Below are positions 19,651 through 28,911 of a DNA stretch of 64,000 bases, one piece after another. Both the position numbers and the translations under genes were made by a program. The first letter of the stretch is position 1. Every line of letters starts with the position of its first letter. Source of the DNA: a virus; IMG/VR virus record IMGVR_UViG_3300030419_001484, positions 1-64,000 of that record. The stretch is one strand, 5' to 3'. The notes below the pieces were generated by a model. The model did not search any database. It saw nothing but the letters and a program-made list of their open reading frames with translations, and was not told the origin of the DNA.

Positions 19651-20231
19651 TGGATAAAGTGATGCCTCTCTTTCATTGCGACTTATTCATAAAAGAAGAT
19701 GTCGGTACTGATGAACAAAGAGAAGATTTAAAGAAACAAATACTTCAAGCGAAAGAAGATAACAGAGGTGGAGTAGGTGGTGGTAATCCAGGCTGTTGGA
19801 GATCAACTGCAACTTATAACATGGATTGGTTATATGAGTCAATGCGAGTATTATCAAACGAAGCAAACAAAATTTATTTTGAGGGTGATAGAGTATTTAA
19901 ATCACTACTTGACAACTGCAACAATAGAGACTATAATATATGGACAAACGTAAATGAAGTAGGTTCAAAGAATGTATTACATACACATACAACAGATGCA
20001 TGGGCTGGTATCTACTATCTTCAAGCAGAGGGAACTGGAAATCTAGTGTTTACAAATCCAGCAAATCTATTATTACAGTGTAATACTAAATCACCTTATA
20101 CAAGAAAAACTGGTATTAAACCAAAAGATGGTATGTTAGTATTGTGGCCAGGTTGGGTGCCACATGAGGTTATGGAAAATAAATCTAACCAACAAAGAAT
20201 AAACTTGGCATGGGGTATAAATTACAACTAA
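19650..20231 (+). CDS. 2OG-Fe(II)-type oxygenase (HxH type)
   Basis: HTH, WPGWVPHEV, RINLAW. Confidence 0.85.
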   Translation: MDKVMPLFHCDLFIKEDVGTDEQREDLKKQILQAKEDNRGGVGGGNPGCWRSTATYNMDWLYESMRVLSNEANKIYFEGDRVFKSLLDNCNNRDYNIWTNVNEVGSKNVLHTHTTDAWAGIYYLQAEGTGNLVFTNPANLLLQCNTKSPYTRKTGIKPKDGMLVLWPGWVPHEVMENKSNQQRINLAWGINYN

Positions 20232-20788
20232 TGAATATATTTTATCTACACGAAGATCCAGAAATATCTGCAAAGATGCATTGTGATAAGCACGTTGTCA
20301 AAATGATAATCGAATATGCACAGATGTTATCCACTGCACATAGAATGTTAGATGGAAAACTGACAAAGAAACCAAGTAAGTCTGGTAAGACTATGATTAA
20401 ACATTATGATTTATTTGAGGGTGCAGATGACTTAGAAGCAGAATATACTTACTACAAGGCTGTTCATTATAATCACCCATGTAATATTTGGGTTAGAGAA
20501 TCAAATGAAAATTATCACTATCTTTACAAAATGTTTTATCATTTATGTGAGGAATATCGACATAGGTATGGTAAATTTCATATGACAGATAATAAATTGA
20601 GATCTGCACTATGGACATTTCCTAGAAATATACCCCATAAACCCTTTTCACCACCCCCACAAGCGATGCCAGAGTACTGTAAAAGACCAGACGTAAAGGA
20701 TGCATACAGAACATACTATATAAAAGAGAAGAAAAGTTTTGCAAAGTGGACTAAAAGACAAATTCCATATTGGTTCTGGGCTGCATGA
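20231..20788 (+). CDS. pyrimidine-dimer DNA glycosylase-like protein
   Basis: MNIFYL..HCDKHVVKMIIEYAQMLSTAH..HYNHPC..PPQAMP. Confidence 0.7.
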   Translation: MNIFYLHEDPEISAKMHCDKHVVKMIIEYAQMLSTAHRMLDGKLTKKPSKSGKTMIKHYDLFEGADDLEAEYTYYKAVHYNHPCNIWVRESNENYHYLYKMFYHLCEEYRHRYGKFHMTDNKLRSALWTFPRNIPHKPFSPPPQAMPEYCKRPDVKDAYRTYYIKEKKSFAKWTKRQIPYWFWAA

Positions 20789-20795
20789 GGTAAAA

Positions 20796-21386
20796 ATGGA
20801 TAGAGATTGGATAAAAATAGAAAATTTTCTCACTAGAGATATTGCTGATTTACTTTATGGTTATGTGTTACTTGCAGATCGAAGATTAAGAGTTTTAAAA
20901 GAGAATGATATAAATTCTTCATTACCTCATCTTGGAACTATTGGTGATAGTCAATCAGATTGTAATTTTAGTTGTTATGGGGATTTAATTTTTGATACAG
21001 TCCTTTTGGGAAAGGTTACTGAACTACAAAATGTAACAGGACTAGGGCTGATACCACAGTACACATATTACAGATTATATTCAAATGGTTCTGAACTAAA
21101 AAAACATAAGGACAGACCATCATGTGAAATATCTGGTACAATGTGTCTTGGTTATGAATCACATTACAACTGGCCAATATTTTTCACAGATAAAAATGGA
21201 CAAGATATTTCAGTAGAATTAAATCCAGGCGACTTGGTAATGTATAAAGGAACTGAATTGACACACTGGAGAGAACCATTTGAAGGAACTAACCACGCAC
21301 AAGTTTTTCTTCACTACACGAATAAGGATGGACAATATAATGATTACAAATTTGATCATAGAATTGGATTGGGTGTGCAACTGTGA
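20796..21386 (+). CDS. 2OG-Fe(II)-type oxygenase
   Basis: HKDRPSCEIS, HWRE, QVFLHY. Confidence 0.85.
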   Translation: MDRDWIKIENFLTRDIADLLYGYVLLADRRLRVLKENDINSSLPHLGTIGDSQSDCNFSCYGDLIFDTVLLGKVTELQNVTGLGLIPQYTYYRLYSNGSELKKHKDRPSCEISGTMCLGYESHYNWPIFFTDKNGQDISVELNPGDLVMYKGTELTHWREPFEGTNHAQVFLHYTNKDGQYNDYKFDHRIGLGVQL

Positions 21387-22000
21387 GTAGTGAATTAATA
21401 CCATTTCACGCATTACCTATTTACAAAGAATCAACTGATTTTGTCTTGACAGATGAAGAGAGGTCTGTTATATTGGATGGTGAATTTCGTAAGGCACTAT
21501 CTAAACAAGGTAATGCAATATCAAAAAGTGCAGAGGTATTAGATGATGAAAGATTAGTAAGACTCAAGACACACATACTTACTGTGTTCAATGATTATAT
21601 AACAAATCATTTACAAATAGAAAATCAATTTTATCTTACACAGAGTTGGACAGCAGTGAATCACAAAGGTGATGCACATCACTCACATATACACCCCAAT
21701 ACAGTTTTTAGTTGTGTATATTATGTACAAGCAAATAGTGGTGATTTACAAATTAAGATGCCTGTCAGTAGAATACAAGAGGGATATAATTTATCATATA
21801 AAGTAATACAACAGAATATTTTTAATGCAAGAACAATTAACTTATCAGTAAAAACTGGTGATGTAGTAATCTTTCCAGGCTGGTGTGAACATCAAGCATT
21901 ACCTAATGAAGATGACTCACCAAGAATAATTTTAGGAACAAATTATTTTGTTACAGGTTCGTTTGGTGATTATGATAACAAAGATTTAATACAGATATGA
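21383..22000 (+). CDS. 2OG-Fe(II)-type oxygenase (HxH type)
   Basis: HIHPN, FPGWCEHQA, RIILGTN. Confidence 0.85.
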   Translation: MSSELIPFHALPIYKESTDFVLTDEERSVILDGEFRKALSKQGNAISKSAEVLDDERLVRLKTHILTVFNDYITNHLQIENQFYLTQSWTAVNHKGDAHHSHIHPNTVFSCVYYVQANSGDLQIKMPVSRIQEGYNLSYKVIQQNIFNARTINLSVKTGDVVIFPGWCEHQALPNEDDSPRIILGTNYFVTGSFGDYDNKDLIQI

Positions 22001-22278
22001 GTGATGAAGAACCAGAGAGATATCACGAATGGATTTTATGGAAATTTAAACAGGAGAAAAAAATGTCTGAAGAACAATTACAACTTAATTTTTTTGATAG
22101 TCCTCATGGTGGTATATCATCATCTGATTCTATAATTAGACGAGAGATGTATGAGATGCAGAAACATATTCATGCATTACAGATTCGTGTTAAAGAACTC
22201 GCAGATGAAAACTATGAACTAAGAAAAAAAATTATACCTGATTTGTCAGACAAAATACCAGAGGTCACTGGAAAATAG
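21997..22278 (+). CDS. hypothetical coiled-coil protein
   Basis: PERYHEWILWK; LQIRVKEL. Confidence 0.6.
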   Translation: MSDEEPERYHEWILWKFKQEKKMSEEQLQLNFFDSPHGGISSSDSIIRREMYEMQKHIHALQIRVKELADENYELRKKIIPDLSDKIPEVTGK

Positions 22279-22279
22279 A

Positions 22280-22852
22280 ATGAGTTCTAAATTAAATCTA
22301 TTTTTCCCAATACCGATTATGCAAGATACGATTGAATCTGATCTTACAGATTATGTTCTTGATATGGTTGGTTCACAAGAAGGTGTTAAACTATCAAACA
22401 GAGGTGGTTTTCAATCACAACACTTTTTTAAACCAGAGAAAGAGTTTCAAGAACTGTGGGAACAAATAGAGGTGAAATTAAATAAGTTTCATGAAGAAGT
22501 TGCACTCAAGGGTTATGTTCAAATAAATGAATGGTGGTTCAATGTTAATTATAAAGGGTGTATGAACAGACAACATCAACATCCAAATAGTATACACTCT
22601 GGTGTATATTATATAAAAGCACCAGAAAATTGTGGTAATATATGTTTTCCAAACCCAAACCAAACTCTTATGTGGGGTTGGCCTAGTGGTATTACAAAAA
22701 CTTCTAACTCAACTAATTCTGAAATCGCAACTTTAAAACCAGTAAAAAACTTATTATATATATTTCCTAGTTGGACAAATCACTCAGTAGATGCAAACGA
22801 GTCAGATGAACCAAGAATAAGTTTATCATTTAACACAGGATTAATACAATAA
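22280..22852 (+). CDS. 2OG-Fe(II)-type oxygenase (HxH type)
   Basis: SNRGGFQS, HQHPNS, FPSWTNHSV, RISLSFN. Confidence 0.88.
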   Translation: MSSKLNLFFPIPIMQDTIESDLTDYVLDMVGSQEGVKLSNRGGFQSQHFFKPEKEFQELWEQIEVKLNKFHEEVALKGYVQINEWWFNVNYKGCMNRQHQHPNSIHSGVYYIKAPENCGNICFPNPNQTLMWGWPSGITKTSNSTNSEIATLKPVKNLLYIFPSWTNHSVDANESDEPRISLSFNTGLIQ

Positions 22853-23196
22853 TGCCAACATACATACTAAGAAATAAAAAGACACATATAACATATGAAA
22901 TATTCTGTAAGTATCCAGAATTACAAGAGATGTTAGAAAATGACCCAGATCTAGTTCAGATGTTAACTGCACCAGCAATAGTTGGTGACCATATTGTTAA
23001 ACAAGGTGATGGTAGAATGGATGGTGGTATGAAAGAAGTTTTTAGTCGTGTTGCAGAGGCTCACCCCAATAGTCCTCTTGCAGATAGGTTTGGTAGTGGT
23101 CAAACTTCTGCACAAAAGAAAGTGCAAGAGGTAGGAAAAAAACATGGTTTAGTTCGTAAGAGTGGTGGACAAAATATGAGTAAAGTTAAACTATAG
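22852..23196 (+). CDS. FmdB-like protein upstream of phoH
   Basis: MPTY start; IAEAHPNS-like motif. Confidence 0.55.
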   Translation: MPTYILRNKKTHITYEIFCKYPELQEMLENDPDLVQMLTAPAIVGDHIVKQGDGRMDGGMKEVFSRVAEAHPNSPLADRFGSGQTSAQKKVQEVGKKHGLVRKSGGQNMSKVKL

Positions 23197-23297
23197 ATAG
23201 ATAATAAATACTACTGTGCAGACTTCAATTTAATTGAGTGTGTACAGGGGGAAACCAGTTGGGTCGGTTTCCCCCACTATAACGAAATGGAAATATT

Positions 23298-23999
23298 ATG
23301 GCAAAGAAAGATATTACAAATACAGACTTAGTAAAAATAGAACCAATCACAGACAATCAGAAATTAGTATTTGACTCTTATGCAAAAGGTCAACATCAAT
23401 TTATGTTTGGTAGTGCTGGTACAGGAAAAACTTTTGTATCACTTTATCTCGCACTATCAGAAGTGTTAAGAGATGACACCAAGTTTGACAAAGTGGTTTT
23501 GGTTCGTTCACTTATACCAACAAGAGAGATAGGTTTTCTTCCAGGCGATGAAGAGGACAAGGCTGCACTTTATCAAGTACCATATCAGAACATGGTTAAG
23601 TTCATGTTTAAACAAGCAAATGAACAAGCGTTCTCCATGTTATATGATAGGTTAAAACAACAGGGCAGTTTCTATTTCCTATCAACATCATTCCTCAGAG
23701 GTTTGACATTTGATAACTCAATCATCATAGTAGATGAGTGTCAGAACTTAAACTTCCACGAACTTGATACCATAGTGACCAGAGTAGGTCAAGACTCCAA
23801 GATAATGTTCTGTGGTGATTTCATGCAGAGTGATTTATCAAAACTATCTGAGAAAAATGGTCTACATGACTTCCTAAGAATACTTGAGGAGATGGAGGAA
23901 TTTAACTGTGTAGAGTTTAATATAGGTGACATAGTACGTTCTGGTTTTGTAAGAAACTATCTGATACAGAAAACTAAGTTAGGTATCGGAGTAGAATAA
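23298..23999 (+). CDS. phoH: PhoH-family ATPase
   Basis: GSAGTGKT, IGFLPG, FLRGLTF, DECQN, GDFMQSD, DIVRSG. Confidence 0.95.
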   Translation: MAKKDITNTDLVKIEPITDNQKLVFDSYAKGQHQFMFGSAGTGKTFVSLYLALSEVLRDDTKFDKVVLVRSLIPTREIGFLPGDEEDKAALYQVPYQNMVKFMFKQANEQAFSMLYDRLKQQGSFYFLSTSFLRGLTFDNSIIIVDECQNLNFHELDTIVTRVGQDSKIMFCGDFMQSDLSKLSEKNGLHDFLRILEEMEEFNCVEFNIGDIVRSGFVRNYLIQKTKLGIGVE

Positions 24000-24608
24000 T
24001 TGTTTAAAAGTGAATATTTCTCATCACCCATTTATCATGAGGATAAATCAGAATGGTTGAACAAATTAGATAACTTGTGTGACCCATATATCAAAACTGC
24101 TAGAAGTGAACATCAAATTCAAGACGAAGTTGGTGTGGTTTATCACTCCACTAATTTATACAAAGACCCAGAATTTAATTTTTTCCATGATTATATTTTA
24201 AATAAATCTCACTGGTTATTAGATGACATGGGTTATGATGTTAACCATTACAATCTTATCTTTACTGAAAGTTGGGTACAAGAGTTTTCTTTTAATGGTT
24301 GTGGACATCATTGGTTTCATACTCACTCAAACAATCATGTATCTGGATTTTACTTTTTAAAATCTAGTCCAAAAACTTCTAAACCTATGTTTCAAGATCC
24401 CAGAGTTGCACATGCAGCTTTAAAAATAAAAGAAAAAGATGAGTCAACTATAACAAATTCTAATGACTTTATTCATTATCAAGCACCCAGAGGTACATTT
24501 ATATTTTTTCCAGCATACTTATCTCATTCATATAAAGTAGATCATGGGATAGAACCATTTAGATTTATTCATTTTAATTTAAGAGCAGTAGAAAGATATT
24601 TGAATTGA
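24000..24608 (+). CDS. 2OG-Fe(II)-type oxygenase (HxH type)
   Basis: HTHSN, FPAYLSH, FRFIHFN. Confidence 0.85.
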   Translation: MFKSEYFSSPIYHEDKSEWLNKLDNLCDPYIKTARSEHQIQDEVGVVYHSTNLYKDPEFNFFHDYILNKSHWLLDDMGYDVNHYNLIFTESWVQEFSFNGCGHHWFHTHSNNHVSGFYFLKSSPKTSKPMFQDPRVAHAALKIKEKDESTITNSNDFIHYQAPRGTFIFFPAYLSHSYKVDHGIEPFRFIHFNLRAVERYLN

Positions 24609-25207
24609 TAGGAGTTCGTGCAGTTTTTCAAATACCAATGGCTCATTATGAGAATAAAGAACTTACAAATATTTTGAGTGGGTATATTCTATCAAAAGAA
24701 ACAAAGGGTATAGAGTCTGAAGTTGCAACTGGTATTAAACATAATCTAGTTGAATCAAAATTTGATTTTCTTTATGGTAATGCACTTATTGTTAAAGATA
24801 CTAAAGAATGGATTGATAAATGTTTGAAAGAAACAATCAATACAATTCAAATGGAGGATATAGATTATGATATCACTTATAATGAAAGTTGGTATCATGT
24901 AACAAAAACTAATGGTATGCACGAACCACATATACACCCAAGTTGTAGTTGGTGTGGTATATATTATTTGAAGGCTGGGAATGATGATAGTGGACATACA
25001 GTGTTTGAAAATCCAACAAAATCTACATATATAGATCGTGGAAATTTATTCCTAAATAATATGAGTACAATAAGAATAAAACCACAAGATGGATTATTAG
25101 TTTTGTTTCCATCTTATTTAAGTCACTATCAGGCTTTATACAAGGGAACTGAAGATAGAATAGTAGTAGCATTTAATGCTAGTATAGACAAATTAGGAGA
25201 TAACTAA
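24605..25207 (+). CDS. 2OG-Fe(II)-type oxygenase (HxH type)
   Basis: HIHP, FPSYLSHYQ, RIVVAFN. Confidence 0.85.
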   Translation: MIGVRAVFQIPMAHYENKELTNILSGYILSKETKGIESEVATGIKHNLVESKFDFLYGNALIVKDTKEWIDKCLKETINTIQMEDIDYDITYNESWYHVTKTNGMHEPHIHPSCSWCGIYYLKAGNDDSGHTVFENPTKSTYIDRGNLFLNNMSTIRIKPQDGLLVLFPSYLSHYQALYKGTEDRIVVAFNASIDKLGDN

Positions 25208-25728
25208 TGGAAAAAAATTACCAACAATGTTTAGAGATGATATTACATCACGAAGGTGGATATGTGAATCATCCAGAAGATCCAGGCGGCGCCACAAATC
25301 TAGGCGTAACTTTACGAGTTTACCAAGAATGGATTGGTAGAAAAGTAACTACAGATATGATGGAACGATTACAAGTATCTGATGTTGCACCCATCTATAA
25401 AAAGAATTACTGGAATCGTATAAAGGGTGACCAACTACCATCTGGTCTTGACCTTTGTGTTTTTGATTTTGGAGTGAACGCTGGAACTGGAAGAGCTGCA
25501 AAGTATCTACAAAAAATGGTCGGTGCAACAGCAGATGGTGCGATAGGCCCTGCAACTTTGGCTGCAGTAAATACATATGTGCAACAAGAGGGTCACAAAG
25601 GTGCGATTGAAAAGTATCAAAAAGACCGACTTGCATACTACAAAAAACTGAAACATTTTAAAACATTTGGAAAGGGTTGGACTCGCAGAAACAAAGAAAC
25701 CACTGCAGCTGCAAAGAAGATGATATAA
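25207..25728 (+). CDS. GH108 muramidase endolysin with peptidoglycan-binding domain
   Basis: HEGGYVNHPEDPGGATNLGVT; DGAIGPAT; FGKGWTRR. Confidence 0.92.
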   Translation: MEKNYQQCLEMILHHEGGYVNHPEDPGGATNLGVTLRVYQEWIGRKVTTDMMERLQVSDVAPIYKKNYWNRIKGDQLPSGLDLCVFDFGVNAGTGRAAKYLQKMVGATADGAIGPATLAAVNTYVQQEGHKGAIEKYQKDRLAYYKKLKHFKTFGKGWTRRNKETTAAAKKMI

Positions 25729-25731
25729 TGA

Positions 25732-26190
25732 ATGTTTCATAATGTTTTGACTAATGATCATGTTAATGAATTAATTGAGATAGGACAATTTGAGGTAAAG
25801 TATTTTAGGTGTAATAATGTATGGGGTCATCAATCCTTTGCAGACATGAATAAAAAATATGCACACATTAAAAGTGTAAGTGACTTAGTAACTATATTAG
25901 AGAGTTTATATAGAATTACATTTAACAAACATTGTGAGGTAATAAAATTATGGTTTAATATTGTGAAACAAGATAGGGAGGGTTACGATTGGCACACTCA
26001 CTCTAATACGACAGCGATATATTATTTATTCAATACAGAAAATTCTGGGACTTTGATAGATAATGAAAAAGTTTATCAAGTAGATAGTATTGACAATTCT
26101 TTATTGTTTTTACAACCTAATATTAAACATAAAACACCAGATTGGAAAGGAAAAGATCGCATAACAATTGCGATAAATTTTAATGATTGA
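25732..26190 (+). CDS. 2OG-Fe(II)-type oxygenase (HxH type)
   Basis: WHTH, HKTP, RITIAINF. Confidence 0.75.
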   Translation: MFHNVLTNDHVNELIEIGQFEVKYFRCNNVWGHQSFADMNKKYAHIKSVSDLVTILESLYRITFNKHCEVIKLWFNIVKQDREGYDWHTHSNTTAIYYLFNTENSGTLIDNEKVYQVDSIDNSLLFLQPNIKHKTPDWKGKDRITIAINFND

Positions 26191-26855
26191 TTATGAAAAA
26201 ATTTATACACAAAACTATACATCTTGAAGACCTAAATACCAAAACCATAGATAAAAAAAGGTTCTATGAAACTCCAGAGGGTGAACTGTATCCGTCTATT
26301 ACTACAGTTCTATCCGTAAGGAATAAAAAAGGATTATTTGAATGGCGTAAACGAGTTGGTGATGATGTTGCAAATTATGTTGCAAGAACAGCTGCAAATC
26401 GTGGAACTGCCGTTCATCATATGTGTGAGGACTATTTAAACAATGACTTTGATGAAGAAAAACACAAAAAGAAATTTCTCCCCTACTGCCTTTTCAACCA
26501 GTTACGAAAAGAAACTTTGGACAATGTTGACAATATTCATGCTCAAGAGTGTGGGTTATATTCGGACAAATACAAAGTCGCAGGGCGAGTAGATTGTATC
26601 GCAGAATATAATGGTGAACTTTCCATCATTGATTTCAAGACTTCTTCTAAAGAACGAAGTGATGAGTGGAATGAAAACTATTACATACAAGCATCTGCAT
26701 ACGCAGAGATGTTTGAAGAGCGAACTGGAAAACCGATTGAACAAGTCGTTATTCTGGTTGTTACTGAAGATGGAGTAGTACAAGAGTTTATTAAAAAGAA
26801 ACATGATTACCTACCCATGTTAGAGAATGTTATAGAGGAGTTTAATGGAGTATAA
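26187..26855 (+). CDS. Cas4/RecB-like PD-(D/E)XK exonuclease
   Basis: YPSITTVL, RGTAVH, AGRVDCI, IIDFKTS, QASAYAEM. Confidence 0.88.
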   Translation: MIMKKFIHKTIHLEDLNTKTIDKKRFYETPEGELYPSITTVLSVRNKKGLFEWRKRVGDDVANYVARTAANRGTAVHHMCEDYLNNDFDEEKHKKKFLPYCLFNQLRKETLDNVDNIHAQECGLYSDKYKVAGRVDCIAEYNGELSIIDFKTSSKERSDEWNENYYIQASAYAEMFEERTGKPIEQVVILVVTEDGVVQEFIKKKHDYLPMLENVIEEFNGV

Positions 26856-27453
26856 CTTAGATGATTTTATAGGTGTATTTGATGGAGCATTCGATAAAGA
26901 ATATTGTGATAGTTTAATTGATAAGTTTGAGTTTTTATCAAAAATGGGTAAAACTAAAAGTAGGGCAGAGTTTTCTGGTAACCCCCAATTAATTTTAGAC
27001 AACAATATATATTTTGCAATGTCTGACATGACAGATACACAAACAATGGGGTCTAACTTTACTTGGCTTCAAGAATTTAATATAAAAATGTGGGAGTGTT
27101 ATAATATATACACAAAAAAATATGGGACATTAAATAGTGTACAAAGACATCAACTTAACCCAGATGTAAAAATACAAAAAACGAAACCTAGTGAGGGTTA
27201 TCATGTTTGGCATTGTGAGAATGGAAATTTAAGTGATGCATCAAGATTAATACTTGTCATGTTGTATTTAAATGATATTGAAGAGGGTGGAGAAACAGAA
27301 TTTTTATATCAAAGTAGAAGAGTGCAACCAAAAATGGGAAGATTAGTTTTTTGTCCAACATCTTTTACACATACACATAGAGGAAACCCACCACTCAAAG
27401 GAGACAAATATATGTTAAATGGTTGGTTACAATACTATCATGAGATATCATAA
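26845..27453 (+). CDS. 2OG-Fe(II) oxygenase, prolyl-4-hydroxylase-like
   Basis: GYHVWHCE, YLNDIEEGGETEF, HTHRG. Confidence 0.88.
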   Translation: MEYNLDDFIGVFDGAFDKEYCDSLIDKFEFLSKMGKTKSRAEFSGNPQLILDNNIYFAMSDMTDTQTMGSNFTWLQEFNIKMWECYNIYTKKYGTLNSVQRHQLNPDVKIQKTKPSEGYHVWHCENGNLSDASRLILVMLYLNDIEEGGETEFLYQSRRVQPKMGRLVFCPTSFTHTHRGNPPLKGDKYMLNGWLQYYHEIS

Positions 27454-27707
27454 TGTTAGATAAATTTTTTATAATAGTTACAATGGTCACTGTAAATCCA
27501 GAGTTAGGAACTGATCTATATGCATTTAAAAAACCATATGATACAAAAGAAGTTTGTGTAAAAAATTTAGAGTTAAATTATAATAAATACTTTACAGCCG
27601 CATATAATAATTATAAAGGAAAACTAAGTCCAGATAAAGCATATTGTATATCTGGTGAACTATTAAAACAAGTATTCGAAGGTAACATAACAAGTAACGA
27701 TATATGA
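27453..27707 (+). CDS. small exported Cys-containing protein
   Basis: hydrophobic N-terminus, two Cys. Confidence 0.55.
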   Translation: MLDKFFIIVTMVTVNPELGTDLYAFKKPYDTKEVCVKNLELNYNKYFTAAYNNYKGKLSPDKAYCISGELLKQVFEGNITSNDI

Positions 27708-28015
27708 TAACATTAACTGAAAACGCAAAAGAATATCTAACAGATATGGTATCCAAGTCAGATGATACATATGCAAGATTATCTGTCAAGGGTGGTGGTT
27801 GTGCTGGTTTCGAATACAAGTGGGAAACTACAGACACAACCGAAAAAGGAACACTCATAGATGATGTCTTGGTGTTAGATACTATGGCTGAGATGTTTCT
27901 ACTTGGTTGCACTGTGGACTACATAAAAGAATTTGGTGGTTCTTACTTAACAGTTAAGAATCCTAACGCACACTCCTCATGTGGGTGTGGAACAAGTTTC
28001 TCAATTAAGACTTGA
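27704..28015 (+). CDS. iscA: HesB/IscA A-type Fe-S carrier protein
   Basis: ITLTENA, GGGCAGFEY, NPNAHSSCGCGTSF. Confidence 0.92.
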   Translation: MITLTENAKEYLTDMVSKSDDTYARLSVKGGGCAGFEYKWETTDTTEKGTLIDDVLVLDTMAEMFLLGCTVDYIKEFGGSYLTVKNPNAHSSCGCGTSFSIKT

Positions 28016-28046
28016 CAAACGGAACGAATCATGTTATAAATATAGT

Positions 28047-28110
28047 ATAGTTCGTTGATACGGATTGAAAGATGGACAGGACTTGGGTGCGATACCCAAC
28101 ACCTCCACCA
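28047..28110 (+). ncRNA. ssrA: permuted tmRNA, acceptor (3') piece
   Basis: T-arm TTGGG-TGCGATA-CCCAA then CACCTCC-A-CCA; TAGTTC and TGATACG pair with GAACTA and CGTATCG in the coding piece; 5' boundary approximate. Confidence 0.88.
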
Positions 28111-28113
28111 AAC

Positions 28114-28228
28114 ACTCGTCCAGTACAACGCCTTTGTAGTCGTAATGCACATGGTAAATTACTCACGGCAGATCGAACACGAATGGTAAGACATTTTAGG
28201 ATTTATCTGGTGTGGCGACCAGACGAGT
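28114..28228 (+). ncRNA. unidentified multi-way-junction RNA inside the tmRNA intervening segment
   Basis: ACTCGTC/GACGAGT closing helix, four internal stems, complementary loops CGCC/GGCG. Confidence 0.55.
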
Positions 28229-28287
28229 ACCTCGCTAAAAGGAGATTAATATGATTTTAGATAATACAATAATGGGGGGTCAAGACG

Positions 28288-28404
28288 ATGAAGAACCCTC
28301 TAGTGCAAACAATAAGTAAGTGGATGTTTAGAGCCTACATTGCATGGAGCATATGTGCAGACATCATAGTGATAGGTGGTATCATATACCTAATCTTTTT
28401 TTAG
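28288..28404 (+). CDS. 38-aa membrane peptide inside the tmRNA intervening segment
   Basis: MKNPLVQTISKWMFRAYIAWSICADIIVIGGIIYLIFF*; GGGGG upstream; stop abuts tmRNA G1. Confidence 0.6.
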   Translation: MKNPLVQTISKWMFRAYIAWSICADIIVIGGIIYLIFF

Positions 28405-28573
28405 GGGGGTGAAATAGGATCGACTGACGTTGAATAGAAAAGTGGAGAACTATCGGTTTACCTCGTATCGGTTAAAAAAACTAAACGCAAACGATGATTT
28501 TGCACCTGTAGATTACGCACTAGCTGCTTAATCGTACTGAGTTCGGTGGGTACTTGGAAACAGAAACCCACCA
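28405..28573 (+). ncRNA. ssrA: permuted tmRNA, coding (5') piece with tag ANDDFAPVDYALAA
   Basis: GGGGGTGAAATAGGATCGAC start; G3:U70 with acceptor piece; tag ORF 28487-28531; terminal GGTGGGT/ACCCACC hairpin. Confidence 0.92.
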
Positions 28574-28604
28574 CAGTTTCAGAGTTTCGCTGACGGGCGA
28601 AAAC

Positions 28605-28789
28605 GTGTCGTGCAAGGAAGAGATTCTCACCAGAGGGTCGAACTTGATTAGTTAGAGGTGGTACTCAGGCATGGTTGCAGAAATGCGTTGTGTCACATCA
28701 ATCTACCGATTGGAACTAGGTTCTGAAAGTATGAAAGAATGGTATCTTGGTCTTTCAGTTGTAGGTGTTAACCTTAGTCCTACCGACAC
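28605..28789 (+). ncRNA. manA-like large structured RNA
   Basis: GTGTCG/CGACAC closure; ACTTGA, GTGGTACTCAGG, CACATC, GTTCT, GGTATC, GTTGTAGGT..TCCTAC recalled as manA-motif-like. Confidence 0.6.
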
Positions 28790-28911
28790 AAATTAATGAT
28801 GCCTATGCGAATAGGTTCGGTTGAAAAAAATCGGTAAGATCATTAAGGGTCACTACTTAATAAGTGCGTGTGGGGTCATGGTTAACCCCACATCTTATAA
28901 ATGGAGTTATT

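Noticed and set aside
26187-26855. CRISPR-Cas system suggested by the Cas4-like nuclease
   Set aside because: No repeat-spacer array or other cas genes seen; such exonucleases are standard in T4-like phages
28072-28254. 60-aa ORF in the track
   Set aside because: Overlaps the tmRNA acceptor arm and structured RNA; no convincing RBS
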